64,000 nucleotides of DNA from Eledone cirrhosa. Lineage: Eukaryota. Below the pieces are notes generated by a model. The model had not been told where the DNA came from, did no database searches, and saw only the letters and a program-made list of their open reading frames with translations. Where the stretch lies: contig OZ024764.1 of the NCBI GenBank assembly GCA_964016885.1, forward strand, positions 18,228,001 to 18,292,000. Reading direction: 5' to 3'. Position 1 is the stretch's first letter. Every line of letters begins with the position of its first letter. Made by a program: the position numbers and the translations under genes. Below are positions 52,301 to 64,000 of the stretch, piece by piece.

Positions 52301-55300
52301 GTGAAGGTCTGTAGGTCTCTGTGTGAAGGTCTGGAGGTTTGTGGGTCTCTGTGAGGGTCTGTAGGTCTCTGTGTGACGGTCTGGAGGTTTGTGGGTCTCT
52401 GTGAAGGTCTGTAGGTCTCTGTGTGAAGGTCTGGAGGTTTGTGGGTCTCTGTAGGTCTCTGTGTGAAGGTCTGGAGGTTTGTGGGTCTCTGTGAGGGTCT
52501 GTAGGTCTCTGTGTGAAGGTCTGGAGGTTTGTGGGTCTCTGTGAAGGTCTGTAGGTCTCTGTGTGAAGGTCTGGAGGTTTGTAGGTCTCTGTGAGGGTCT
52601 GTAGGTCTCTGTGTGAAGGTCTGGAGGTTTGTGGGTCTCTGTGAGGGTCTGTAGGTCTCTGTGTGAAGGTCTGGAGGTTTGTGGGTCTCTGTAAAGGTCT
52701 GTAGGTCTCTTTGTGAAGGTCTGGAGGTTTGTGGGTCTCTGTGAGGGTCTGTAGGTCTCTGTGTGAAGGTCTGGAGGTTTGTGGGTCTCTGTGAGGGTCT
52801 GTAGGTCTCTGTGTGAAGGTCTGGAGGTTTGTGGGTCCCTGTGAAGGTCTGTAGGTCTCTGTGTGAAGGTCTGGAGGTTTGTGGGTCTCTGTGTGAAGGT
52901 CTGGAGGTTTGTGGGTCTCTGTGAAGGTCTGTAGGTCTCTGTGTGAAGGTCTGGAGGTTTGTGGGTCTCTGTGAGGGTCTGTAGGTCTCTGTGTGAAGGT
53001 CTGGAGGTTTGTGGGTCTCTGTGAATGTCTGTAGGTCTCTGTGTGAAGGTCTGGAGGTTTGTGGGTCTCTGTGAGGGTCTGTAGGTCTCTCTGTGAAGGT
53101 CTGGAGGTTTGTGAGGGTCTGTAAGTCACTGTGTGAAGGCCTGGAGGTTTGTAGGTCTCTGTGAGGGTCTGTAGGTCTCTGTGTGAAGGTCTGGAGGTTT
53201 GTGGGTCTCTGTGAGGGTCTGTAGGTCTCTGTGTGAAGGTCTGGAGGTTTGTGGGTCTCTGTGAGAGTTTATAGGTCTCTGTGTGAAGGTCTGGAGGTTT
53301 GTGGGTCTCTGTGAAGGTCTGTAGGTCTCTGTGTGTAGGTCTGGAGGTTTGTGGGTCTCTGTGAGGGTCTGTAGGTCTCTGTGTGAAGGTCTGGAAGTTT
53401 GTGGGTCTCTGTGAAGGTCTGTAGGTCTCTGTGTGAAGGTCTGGAGGTTTGTGGGTCTCTGTGAGGGTCTGTAGGTCTCTGTGTGAAGGTCTGGAGGTTT
53501 GTGGGTCTCTGTGAAGGTCTGTAGGTCTCTGTGTGAAGGTCTGGAGGTTTGTGGGTCTCTGTGAGAGTCTGTAGGTCTCTCTGTGAAGGTCTGGAGGTTT
53601 GTGAGGGTCTGTAGGTCTCTGTGTGAAGGTCTGGAGGTTTGTAGGTCTCTGTGAGAGTTTGTAGGTCTCTGTGTGAAGGTCTGGAGGTTTGTGGGTCTCT
53701 GTGAGGGTCTGTAGGTCTCCGTGTGAAGGTCTGGAGGTTTGTGGGTCTCTGTGAGGGTCTGTAGGTCTCTGTGTGAAGGTCTGGAGGTTTGTGGGTGCCT
53801 GTGAAGGTCTGGAGGTTTGTAGGTCTCTGTGAGGGTCTGTAGGTCTCCGTGTGAAGGTCTGGAGGTTTGTGGGTCTCTGTGAGGGTCTGTAGGTCTCTGT
53901 GTGAAGGTCTGGAGGTTTGTGGATCTCTGTCAGGGTCTGTAGGTCTCTGTGTGAAGGTCTGGAGGTTTGTGGGTCTCTGTGAGAGTTTGTAGGTCTCTGT
54001 GTGAAGGTCTGTAGGTTTGTGGGTCTCTGTGAGGGTCTGTAGGTCTCTGTGTGAAGGTCTGGAGGTTTGTGGGTCTCTGTGAGGGTCTGTAGGTCTCTGT
54101 GTGAAGGTCTGGAGGTTTGTGGGTCTCTGTGAAGGTCTGTAGGTCTCTGTGTGTAGGTCTGGAGGTTTGTGGGTCTCTGTGAGGGTCTGTATGTCTCTGT
54201 GTGAAGGTCTGGAGGTTTGTGGGTCTCTGTGAAGGTCTGTAGGTCTCTGTGTGAAGGTCTGGAGGGTTGTGGGTCTCTGTGAGGGTCTGTAGGTCTCTGT
54301 GTGAAGGTCTGGAGGTTTGTGGGTCTCTGTGAAGGTCTGTAGGTCTCTGTGTGAAGGTCTGGAGGTTTGTGGGTCTCTGTGAGGGTCTGTAGGTCTCTCT
54401 GTGAAGGTCTGGAGGTTTGTGAGGGTCTGTAGGTCTCTGTGTGAAGGTCTGGAGGTTTGTAGGTCTCTGTGAGAGTTTGTAGGTCTCTGTGTGAAGGTCT
54501 GGAGGTTTGTGGGTCTCTGTGAGGGTCTGTAGGTCTCCGTGTGAAGGTCTGGAGGTTTGTGGGTCTCTGTGAGGGTCTGTAGGTCTCTGTGTGAAGGTCT
54601 GAAGGTTTGTGGGTCCCTGTGAAGGTCTGGAGGTTTGTAGGTCTCTGTGAGGGTCTGTAGGTCTCTGTGTGAAGGTCTGGAGGTTTGTGGGTCTCTGTGA
54701 GAGTTTGTAGGTCTCTGTGTGAAGGTCTGGAGGTTTGTGGGTCTCTGTGAGGGTCTGTAGGTCTCTGTGTGAAGGTCTGGAGGTTTGTGGGTCTCTGTGA
54801 GGGTCTGTAGGTCTCTGTGTGAAGGTCTGGAGGTTTGTGGGTCTCTGTGAAGGTCTGTAGGTCTCTGTGTGAAGGTCTGGAGGTTTGTGGGCCTCTGTGA
54901 GGGTCTGTAGGTCTCTGTGTGAAGGTCTGGAGGTTTGTGGGTCTCTGTGAAGGTCTGTGGGTCTCTGTGTGAAGGTCTGGAGGTTTGTGGGTCTCTGTGA
55001 GGGTCTGTAGGTCTCTGTGTGAAGGTCTGGAGGTTTGTGGGTCTCTGTGAGGGTCTGTAGGTCTCTGTGTGAAGGTTTGGAGGTTTGTGGGTCCCTGTGA
55101 AGGTCTGTAGGTCTCTGTGTGAAGGTCTGGAGGTTTGTGGGTCTCTGTGTGAAGGTCTGGAGGTTTGTGGGTCTCTGTGAGAGTTTGTAGGTCTCTGTGT
55201 GAAGGTCTGGAGGTTTGTGGGTCTCTGTGAAGGTCTGTAGGTCTCTGTGTGAAGGTCTGGAGGTTTGTGGGTCTCTGTGAGGGTCTGTAGGTCTCTGTGT

Positions 55301-58300
55301 GAAGGTCTGGAGGTTTGTGGGTCTCTGTGAAGGTCTGTAGGTCTCTGTGTGAAGGTCTGGAGGTTTGTGGGTCTCTGTGAGGGTCTGTAGGTCTCTCTGT
55401 GAAGGTCTGGAGGTTTGTGAGGGTCTGTAGGTCTCTGTGTGAAGGCCTGGAGGTTTGTAGGTCTCTGTGAGGGTCTGTAGGTCTCTGTGTGAAGGTCTGG
55501 AGGTTTGTGGGTCTCTGTGAGGGTCTGTAGGTCTCTGTGTGAAGGTCTGGAGGTTTGTGGGTCTCTGTGAGAGTTTGTAGGTCTCTGTGTGAAGGTCTGG
55601 AGGTTTGTGGGTCTCTGTGAAGGTCTGTAGGTCTCTGTGTGTAGGTCTGGAGGTTTGTGGGTCTCTGTGAGGGTCTGTAGGTCTCTGTGTGAAGGTCTGG
55701 AAGTTTGTGGGTCTCTGTGAAGGTCTGTAGGTCTCTGTGTGAAGGTCTGGAGGTTTGTGGGTCTCTGTGAGGGTCTGTAGGTCTCTGTGTGAAGGTCTGG
55801 AGGTTTGTGGGTCTCTGTGAAGGTCTGTAGGTCTCTGTGTGAAGGTCTGGAGGTTTGTGGGTCTCTGTGAGGGTCTGTAGGTCTCTCTGTGAAGGTCTGG
55901 AGGTTTGTGAGGGTCTGTAGGTCTCTGTGTGAAGGTCTGGAGGTTTGTAGGTCTCTGTGAGAGTTTGTAGGTCTCTGTGTGAAGGTCTGGAGGTTTGTGG
56001 GTCTCTGTGAGGGTCTGTAGGTCTCCGTGTTAAGGTCTGGAGGTTTGTGGGTCTCTGTGAGGGTCTGTAGGTCTCTGTGTGAAGGTCTGGAGGTTTGTGG
56101 GTGCCTGTGAAGGTCTGGAGGTTTGTAGGTCTCTGTGAGGGTCTGTAGGTCTCCGTGTGAAGGTCTGGAGGTTTGTGGGTCTCTGTGAGGGTCTGTAGGT
56201 CTCTGTGTGAAGGTCTGGAGGTTTGTGGATCTCTGTCAGGGTCTGTAGGTCTCTGTGTGAAGGTCTGGAGGTTTGTGGGTCTCTGTGAGAGTTTGTAGGT
56301 CTCTGTGTGAAGGTCTGGAGGTTTGTGGGTCTCTGTGAGGGTCTGTAGGTCTCTGTGTGAAGGTCTGGAGGTTTGTGGGTCTCTGTGAAGGTCTGTAGGT
56401 CTCTGTGTGAATGTCTGGAGGTTTGTGGGTCTGTAGGTCTTTGTGTGAAGGTCTGGAGGTTTGTGGGCCTCTGTGAGGGTCTGTAGGTCTCTGTGTGAAG
56501 GTCTGGAGGTTTGTGGGTCTCTGTGAAGGTCTGTGGGTCTCTGTGTGAAGGTCTGGAGGTTTGTAGGTCACTGTGAGGGTCTGTAGGTCTCTGTGTGAAG
56601 GTCTGGAGGTTTGTGGGTCTCTGTGAGGGTCTGTAGGTCTCTGTGTGAAGATCTGGAGGTTTGTGGGTCTCTGTGAAGGTCTGTAGGTCTCTGTGTGAAG
56701 GTCTGGAGGTTTGTAGGTCTCTGTGAGGGTCTGTAGGTCTCTGTGTGAAGGTCTGGAGGTTTGTGGGTCTCTGTGAAGGTCTGTAGGTCTCTGTGTGTAG
56801 GTCTGGAGGTTTGTGGGTCTCTGTGAAGGTCTGTAGGTCTCTGTGTGAAGGTCTGGAGGTTTGTGGGTCTCTGTGAGGGTCTGTAGGTCTCTGTGTGAAG
56901 GTCTGGAGGTTTGTGGGTCTCTGTGAGGGTCTGTAGGTCTCTGTGTGAAGGTTTGGAGGTTTGTGGGTTCCTGTGAAGGTCTGTAGGTCTCTGTGTGAAG
57001 GTCTGGAGGTTTGTGGGTCTCTGTGTGAAGGTCTGGAGGTTTGTGGATCTCTGTGAGAGTTTGTAGGTCTCTGTGTGAAGGTCTGGAGGTCTGTGGGTCT
57101 CTGTGAAGGTCTGTAGGTCTCTGTGTGAAGGTCTGGAGGTTTGTGGGTCTCTGTGAGGGTCTGTAGGTCTCTGTGTGACGGTCTGGAGGTTTGTGGGTCT
57201 CTGTGAGAGTTTGTAGGTCTCTGTGTGAAGGTCTGGAGGTTTGTGGGTCTCTGTGAGGGTCTGTAGGTCTCTGTGTGAAGGTCTGGAGGTTTGTGGGTCT
57301 CTGTGAAGGTCTGTAGGTCTCTGTGTGTAGGTCTGGAGGTTTGTGGGTCTCTGTGACGGTCTGTAGGTCTCTGTGTGAAGGTCTGGAGGTTTGTGGGTCT
57401 CTGTGAAGGTCTGTAGGTCTCTGTGTGAAGGTCTGGAGGTTTGTGGGTCTCTGTGAGGGTCTGTAGGTCTCTGTGTGAAGGTCTGGAGGTTTGTGGGTCT
57501 CTGTGAAGGTCTGTAGGTCTCTGTGTGAAGGTCTGGAGGTTTGTAGGTCTCTGTGAGGGTCTGTAGGTCTCTGTGTGAAGGTCTGGAGCTTTGTGCTACT
57601 CTGTGAGGGTCTGTAGGTCTCTGTGTGACGGTCTGGAGGTTTGTGTGTCTCTGTGAGAGGTTGTAGGTCTCTGTGTGAAGGTCTGGAGGTTTGTGGGTCT
57701 CTGTGAGGGTCTGTAGGTCTCTGTGTGAAGGTCTGGAGGTTTGTGGGTCTCTGTGAGGGTCTGTAGGTCTCTGTGTGAAGGTCTGGAGGTTTGTGGGTCT
57801 CTGTGAAGGTCTGTAGGTCTCTGTGTGAAGGTCTGGAGGTTTGTGGGCCTCTGTGAGGGTCTGTAGGTCTCTGTGTGAAGGTCTGGAGGTTTGTGGGTCT
57901 CTGTGAAGGTCTGTGGGTCTCTGTGTGAAGGTCTGGAGGTTTGTGGGTCTCTGTGAGGGTCTGTAGGTCTCTGTGTGAAGGTCTGGAGGTTTGTGGGTCT
58001 CTGTGAGGGTCTGTAGGTCTCTGTGTGAAGGTTTGGAGGTTTGTGGGTCCCTGTGAAGGTCTGTAGGTCTCTGTGTGAAGGTCTGGAGGTTTGTGGGTCT
58101 CTGTGTGAAGGTCTGGAGGTTTGTGGGTCTCTGTGAGAGTTTGTAGGTCTCTGTGTGAAGGTCTGGAGGTTTGTGGGTCTCTGTGAAGGTCTGTAGGTCT
58201 CTGTGTGAAGGTCTGGAGGTTTGTGGGTCTCTGTGAGGGTCTGTAGGTCTCTGTGTGAAGGTCTGGAGGTTTGTGGGTCTCTGTGAAGGTCTGTAGGTCT

Positions 58301-61300
58301 CTGTGTGAAGGTCTGGAGGTTTGTGGGTCTCTGTGAGGGTCTGTAGGTCTCTCTGTGAAGGTCTGGAGGTTTGTGAGGGTCTGTAGGTCTCTGTGTGAAG
58401 GCCTGGAGGTTTGTAGGTCTCTGTGAGGGTCTGTAGGTCTCTGTGTGAAGGTCTGGAGGTTTGTGGGTCTCTGTGAGGGTCTGTAGGTCTCTGTGTGAAG
58501 GTCTGGAGGTTTGTGGGTCTCTGTGAGAGTTTGTAGGTCTCTGTGTGAAGGTCTGGAGGTTTGTGGGTCTCTGTGAAGGTCTGTAGGTCTCTGTGTGTAG
58601 GTCTGGAGGTTTGTGGGTCTCTGTGAGGGTCTGTAGGTCTCTGTGTGAAGGTCTGGAAGTTTGTGGGTCTCTGTGAAGGTCTGTAGGTCTCTGTGTGAAG
58701 GTCTGGAGGTTTGTGGGTCTCTGTGAGGGTCTGTAGGTCTCTGTGTGAAGGTCTGGAGGTTTGTGGGTCTCTGTGAAGGTCTGTAGGTCTCTGTGTGAAG
58801 GTCTGGAGGTTTGTGGGTCTCTGTGAGGGTCTGTAGGTCTCTCTGTGAAGGTCTGGAGGTTTGTGAGGGTCTGTAGGTCTCTGTGTGAAGGTCTGGAGGT
58901 TTGTAGGTCTCTGTGAGAGTTTGTAGGTCTCTGTGTGAAGGTCTGGAGGTTTGTGGGTCTCTGTGAGGGTCTGTAGGTCTCCGTGTTAAGGTCTGGAGGT
59001 TTGTGGGTCTCTGTGAGGGTCTGTAGGTCTCTGTGTGAAGGTCTGGAGGTTTGTGGGTGCCTGTGAAGGTCTGGAGGTTTGTAGGTCTCTGTGAGGGTCT
59101 GTAGGTCTCCGTGTGAAGGTCTGGAGGTTTGTGGGTCTCTGTGAGGGTCTGTAGGTCTCTGTGTGAAGGTCTGGAGGTTTGTGGATCTCTGTCAGGGTCT
59201 GTAGGTCTCTGTGTGAAGGTCTGGAGGTTTGTGGGTCTCTGTGAGAGTTTGTAGGTCTCTGTGTGAAGGTCTGGAGGTTTGTGGGTCTCTGTGAGGGTCT
59301 GTAGGTCTCTGTGTGAAGGTCTGGAGGTTTGTGGGTCTCTGTGAAGGTCTGTAGGTCTCTGTGTGAATGTCTGGAGGTTTGTGGGTCTGTAGGTCTTTGT
59401 GTGAAGGTCTGGAGGTTTGTGGGCCTCTGTGAGGGTCTGTAGGTCTCTGTGTGAAGGTCTGGAGGTTTGTGGGTCTCTGTGAAGGTCTGTGGGTCTCTGT
59501 GTGAAGGTCTGGAGGTTTGTAGGTCACTGTGAGGGTCTGTAGGTCTCTGTGTGAAGGTCTGGAGGTTTGTGGGTCTCTGTGAGGGTCTGTAGGTCTCTGT
59601 GTGAAGATCTGGAGGTTTGTGGGTCTCTGTGAAGGTCTGTAGGTCTCTGTGTGAAGGTCTGGAGGTTTGTAGGTCTCTGTGAGGGTCTGTAGGTCTCTGT
59701 GTGAAGGTCTGGAGGTTTGTGGGTCTCTGTGAAGGTCTGTAGGTCTCTGTGTGTAGGTCTGGAGGTTTGTGGGTCTCTGTGAAGGTCTGTAGGTCTCTGT
59801 GTGAAGGTCTGGAGGTTTGTGGGTCTCTGTGAGGGTCTGTAGGTCTCTGTGTGAAGGTCTGGAGGTTTGTGGGTCTCTGTGAGGGTCTGTAGGTCTCTGT
59901 GTGAAGGTTTGGAGGTTTGTGGGTTCCTGTGAAGGTCTGTAGGTCTCTGTGTGAAGGTCTGGAGGTTTGTGGGTCTCTGTGTGAAGGTCTGGAGGTTTGT
60001 GGATCTCTGTGAGAGTTTGTAGGTCTCTGTGTGAAGGTCTGGAGGTCTGTGGGTCTCTGTGAAGGTCTGTAGGTCTCTGTGTGAAGGTCTGGAGGTTTGT
60101 GGGTCTCTGTGAGGGTCTGTAGGTCTCTGTGTGACGGTCTGGAGGTTTGTGGGTCTCTGTGAGAGTTTGTAGGTCTCTGTGTGAAGGTCTGGAGGTTTGT
60201 GGGTCTCTGTGAGGGTCTGTAGGTCTCTGTGTGAAGGTCTGGAGGTTTGTGGGTCTCTGTGAAGGTCTGTAGGTCTCTGTGTGAAGGTCTGGAGGTTTGT
60301 GGGTCTCTGTGACGGTCTGTAGGTCTCTGTGTGAAGGTCTGGAGGTTTGTGGGTCTCTGTGAAGGTCTGTAGGTCTCTGTGTGAAGGTCTGGAGGTTTGT
60401 GGGTCTCTGTGAGGGTCTGTAGGTCTCTGTGTGAAGGTCTGGAGGTTTGTGGGTCTCTGTGAAGGTCTGTAGGTCTCTGTGTGAAGGTCTGGAGGTTTGT
60501 AGGTCTCTGTGAGGGTCTGTAGGTCTCTGTGTGAAGGTCTGGAGCTTTGTGCTACTCTGTGAGGGTCTGTAGGTCTCTGTGTGACGGTCTGGAGGTTTGT
60601 GTGTCTCTGTGAGAGGTTGTAGGTCTCTGTGTGAAGGTCTGGAGGTTTGTGGGTCTCTGTGAGGGTCTGTAGGTCTCTGTGTGAAGGTCTGGAGGTTTGT
60701 GGGTCTCTGTGAGGGTCTGTAGGTCTCTGTGTGAAGGTCTGGAGGTTTGTGGGTCTCTGTGAAGGTCTGTAGGTCTCTGTGTGAAGGTCTGGAGGTTTGT
60801 GGGTCTCTGTGAGGGTCTGTAGGTCTCTGTGTGATGGTCTGGAGGTTTGTGGGTCTCTGTGAGGGTCTGTAGGTCTCTGTGTGAAGGTCTGGAGGTTTGT
60901 GGGTCTCTGTGAAGGTCTGTAGGTCTCTGTGTGAAGGTCTGGAGGTTTGTGGGTCTCTGTGAGGGTCTGTAGGTCTCTGTGTGAAGGTCTGGAGGTTTGT
61001 GGGTCTCTGTGAAGGTCTGTAGGTCTCTGTGTGAAGGTCTGGAGGTTTGTAGGTCTCTGTGAGGGTCTGTAGGTCTCTGTGTGAAGGTATGGAGGTTTGT
61101 GGGTCTCTGTGAGGGTCTGTAAGTCTCTGTGTGACGGTCTGGAGGTTTGTGGGTCTCTGTGTGAAGGTCTGTAGGTTTGTGGGTCTCTGTGAGGGTCTGT
61201 AGGTCTCTGTGTGAAGGTCTGGAGGTTTGTGGGTCTCTGTGAGGGTCTGTAGGTCTCTGTGTGAAGGTCTGGAGGTTTGTGGGTGTCTGTGAAGGTCTGT

Positions 61301-64000
61301 AGGTCTCTGTGTGTAGGTCTGGAGGTTTGTGGGTCTCTGTGAGGGTCTGTAGGTCTCTGTGTGAAGGTCTGGAGGTTTGTGGGTCTCTGTGAAGGTCTGT
61401 AGGTCTCTGTGTGAAGGTCTGGAGGGTTGTGGGTCTCTGTGAGGGTCTGTAGGTCTCTGTGTGAAGGTCTGGAGGTTTGTGGGTCTCTGTGAAGGTCTGT
61501 AGGTCTCTGTGTGAAGGTCTGGAGGTTTGTGGGTCTCTGTGAGGGTCTGTAGGTCTCTCTGTGAAGGTCTGGAGGTTTGTGAGGGTCTGTAGGTCTCTGT
61601 GTGAAGGTCTGGAGGTTTGTAGGTCTCTGTGAGAGTTTGTAGGTCTCTGTGAGAGTTTGTAGGTCTCTGTGTGAAGGTCTGGAGGTTTGTGGGTCTCTGT
61701 GAGGGTCTGTAGGTCTCCGTGTGAAGGTCTGGAGGTTTGTGGGTCTCTGTGAGGGTCTGTAGGTCTCTGTGTGAAGGTCTGAAGGTTTGTGGGTCCCTGT
61801 GAAGGTCTGGAGGTTTGTAGGTCTCTGTGAGGGTCTGTAGGTCTCTGTGTGAAGGTCTGGAGGTTTGTGGGTCTCTGTGAGAGTTTGTAGGTCTCTGTGT
61901 GAAGGTCTGGAGGTTTGTGGGTCTCTGTGAGGGTCTGTAGGTCTCTGTGTGAAGGTCTGGAGGTTTGTGGGTCTCTGTGAGGGTCTGTAGGTCTCTGTGT
62001 GAAGGTCTGGAGGTTTGTGGGTCTCTGTGAAGGTCTGTAGGTCTCTGTATGAAGGTCTGGAGGTTTGTGGGCCTCTGTGAGGGTCTGTAGGTCTCTGTGT
62101 GAAGGTCTGGAGGTTTGTGGATCTCTGTGAAGGTCTGTGGGTCTCTGTGTGAAGGTCTGGAGGTTTGTGGGTCTCTGTGAGGGTCTGTAGGTCTCTGTGT
62201 GAAGGTCTGGAGGTTTGTGGGTCTCTGTGAGGGTCTGTAGGTCTCTGTGTGAAGGTTTGGAGGTTTGTGGGTCCCTGTGAAGGTCTGTAGGTCTCTGTGT
62301 GAAGGTCTGGAGGTTTGTGGGTCTCTGTGTGAAGGTCTGGAGGTTTGTGGGTCTCTGTGAGAGTTTGTAGGTCTCTGTGTGAAGGTCTGGAGGTTTGTGG
62401 GTCTCTGTGAAGGTCTGTAGGTCTCTGTGTGAAGGTCTGGAGGTTTGTGGGTCTCTGTGAGGGTCTGTAGGTCTCTGTGTGAAGGTCTGGAGGTTTGTGG
62501 GTCTCTGTGAAGGTCTGTAGGTCTCTGTGTGAAGGTCTGGAGGTTTGTGGGTCTCTGTGAGGGTCTGTAGGTCTCTCTGTGAAGGTCTGGAGGTTTGTGA
62601 GGGTCTGTAGGTCTCTGTGTGAAGGCCTGGAGGTTTGTAGGTCTCTGTGAGGGTCTGTAGGTCTCTGTGTGAAGGTCTGGAGGTTTGTGGGTCTCTGTGA
62701 GGGTCTGTAGGTCTCTGTGTGAAGGTCTGGAGGTTTGTGGGTCTCTGTGAAGGTCTGTAGGTCTCTGTGTGTAGGTCTGGAGGTTTGTGGGTCTCTGTGA
62801 GGGTCTGTAGGTCTCTGTGTGAAGGTCTGGAAGTTTGTGGGTCTCTGTGAAGGTCTGTAGGTCTCTGTGTGAAGGTCTGGAGGTTTGTGGGTCTCTGTGA
62901 GGGTCTGTAGGTCTCTGTGTGAAGGTCTGGAGGTTTGTGGGTCTCTGTGAAGGTCTGTAGGTCTCTGTGTGAAGGTCTGGAGGTTTGTGGGTCTCTGTGA
63001 GGGTCTGTAGGTCTCTCTGTGAAGGTCTGGAGGTTTGTGAGGGTCTGTAGGTCTCTGTGTGAAGGTCTGGAGGTTTGTAGGTCTCTGTGTGAAGGTCTGG
63101 AGGTTTGTGGGTCTCTGTGAAGGTCTGTAGGTCTCTGTGTGTAGGTCTGGAGGTTTGTGGGTCTCTGTGACGGTCTGTAGGTCTCTGTGTGAAGGTCTGG
63201 AGGTTTGTGGGTCTCTGTGAAGGTCTGTAGGTCTCTGTGAAGGTCTGTAGGTCTCTGTGTGAAGGTCTGGAGGTTTGTGGGTCTCTGTGAGGGTCTGTAG
63301 GTCTCTGTGTGAAGGTCTGGAGGTTTGTGGGTCTCTGTGAAGGTCTGTAGGTCTCTGTGTGAAGGTCTGGAGGTTTGTAGGTCTCTGTGAGGGTCTGTAG
63401 GTCTCTGTGTGAAGGTCTGGAGGTTTGTGCTACTCTGTGAGGGTCTGTAGGTCTCTGTGTGACGGTCTGGAGGTTTGTGGGTCTCTGTGAGAGGTTGTAG
63501 GTCTATGTGTGAAGGTCTGGAGGTTTGTGGGTCTCTGTGAGGGTCTGTAAGTCTCTGTGTGACGGTCTGGAGGTTTGTGGGTCTCTGTGTGAAGGTCTGT
63601 AGGTTTGTGGGTCTCTGTGAGGGTCTGTAGGTCTCTGTGTGAAGGTCTGGAGGTTTGTGGGTCTCTGTGAGGGTCTGTAGGTCTCTGTGTGAAGGTCTGG
63701 AGGTTTGTGGGTGTCTGTGAAGGTCTGTAGGTCTCTGTGTGTAGGTCTGGAGGTTTGTGGGTCTCTGTGAGGGTCTGTAGGTCTCTGTGTGAAGGTCTGG
63801 AGGTTTGTGGGTCTCTGTGAAGGTCTGTAGGTCTCTGTGTGAAGGTCTGGAGGGTTGTGGGTCTCTGTGAGGGTCTGTAGGTCTCTGTGTGAAGGTCTGG
63901 AGGTTTGTGGGTCTCTGTGAAGGTCTGTAGGTCTCTGTGTGAAGGTCTGGAGGTTTGTGGGTCTCTGTGAGGGTCTGTAGGTCTCTCTGTGAAGGTCTGG
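34400..64000. repeat. Intronic 50-bp (30+20) G/T-rich satellite, ~590 units, with kb-scale higher-order duplications; runs past the window end
   Basis: Unit gtctctgtgtgaaggtctggaggtttgtgg + gtctctgtgagggtctgtag; rare variants recur at 3698-, 2956- and 2106-bp offsets. Confidence 0.99.

Noticed and set aside
42778-59527. Minus-strand ORFs up to 2217 aa (T/P/Q/R/H-rich, mucin-like)
   Set aside because: The minus strand is T-poor, so stops are rare in all frames. The 50-bp unit cycles through frames, and the starts are non-ATG repeat variants.

Overview
Eukaryotic, repeat-rich animal DNA. The SINE and microsatellite landscape resembles Octopus/cephalopod genomes; this is inference from recall, not verified. 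The window holds: (i) the last two coding exons of a MARVEL-domain (CMTM/plasmolipin-like) membrane protein gene (+, stop at 3179); (ii) the 5' part of an unconventional myosin, most likely MYO19 (+), whose 19 phase-consistent coding exons (19792-34338, about 734 codons) cover the N-terminus and nearly all of the motor domain; (iii) a >=29.6 kb 50-bp satellite that starts right after a myosin splice donor and runs off the window; (iv) a 5-kb 51-bp and a 1.4-kb 61-bp minisatellite, both seeded inside transposon remnants; (v) many tRNA-derived SINEs, RTE and CR1-type LINE fragments and piggyBac-like MITEs. The most interesting hidden signal is about 11 dispersed type I minimal hammerhead-ribozyme motifs (stem I-CUGANGA-stem II-GAAA-palindromic stem III-UH-stem I'). 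They sit in (TA)n tracts, and six form opposite-strand pairs within long inverted repeats, the architecture known from Penelope-like elements. Almost all long ORFs in the supplied track are repeat artefacts.
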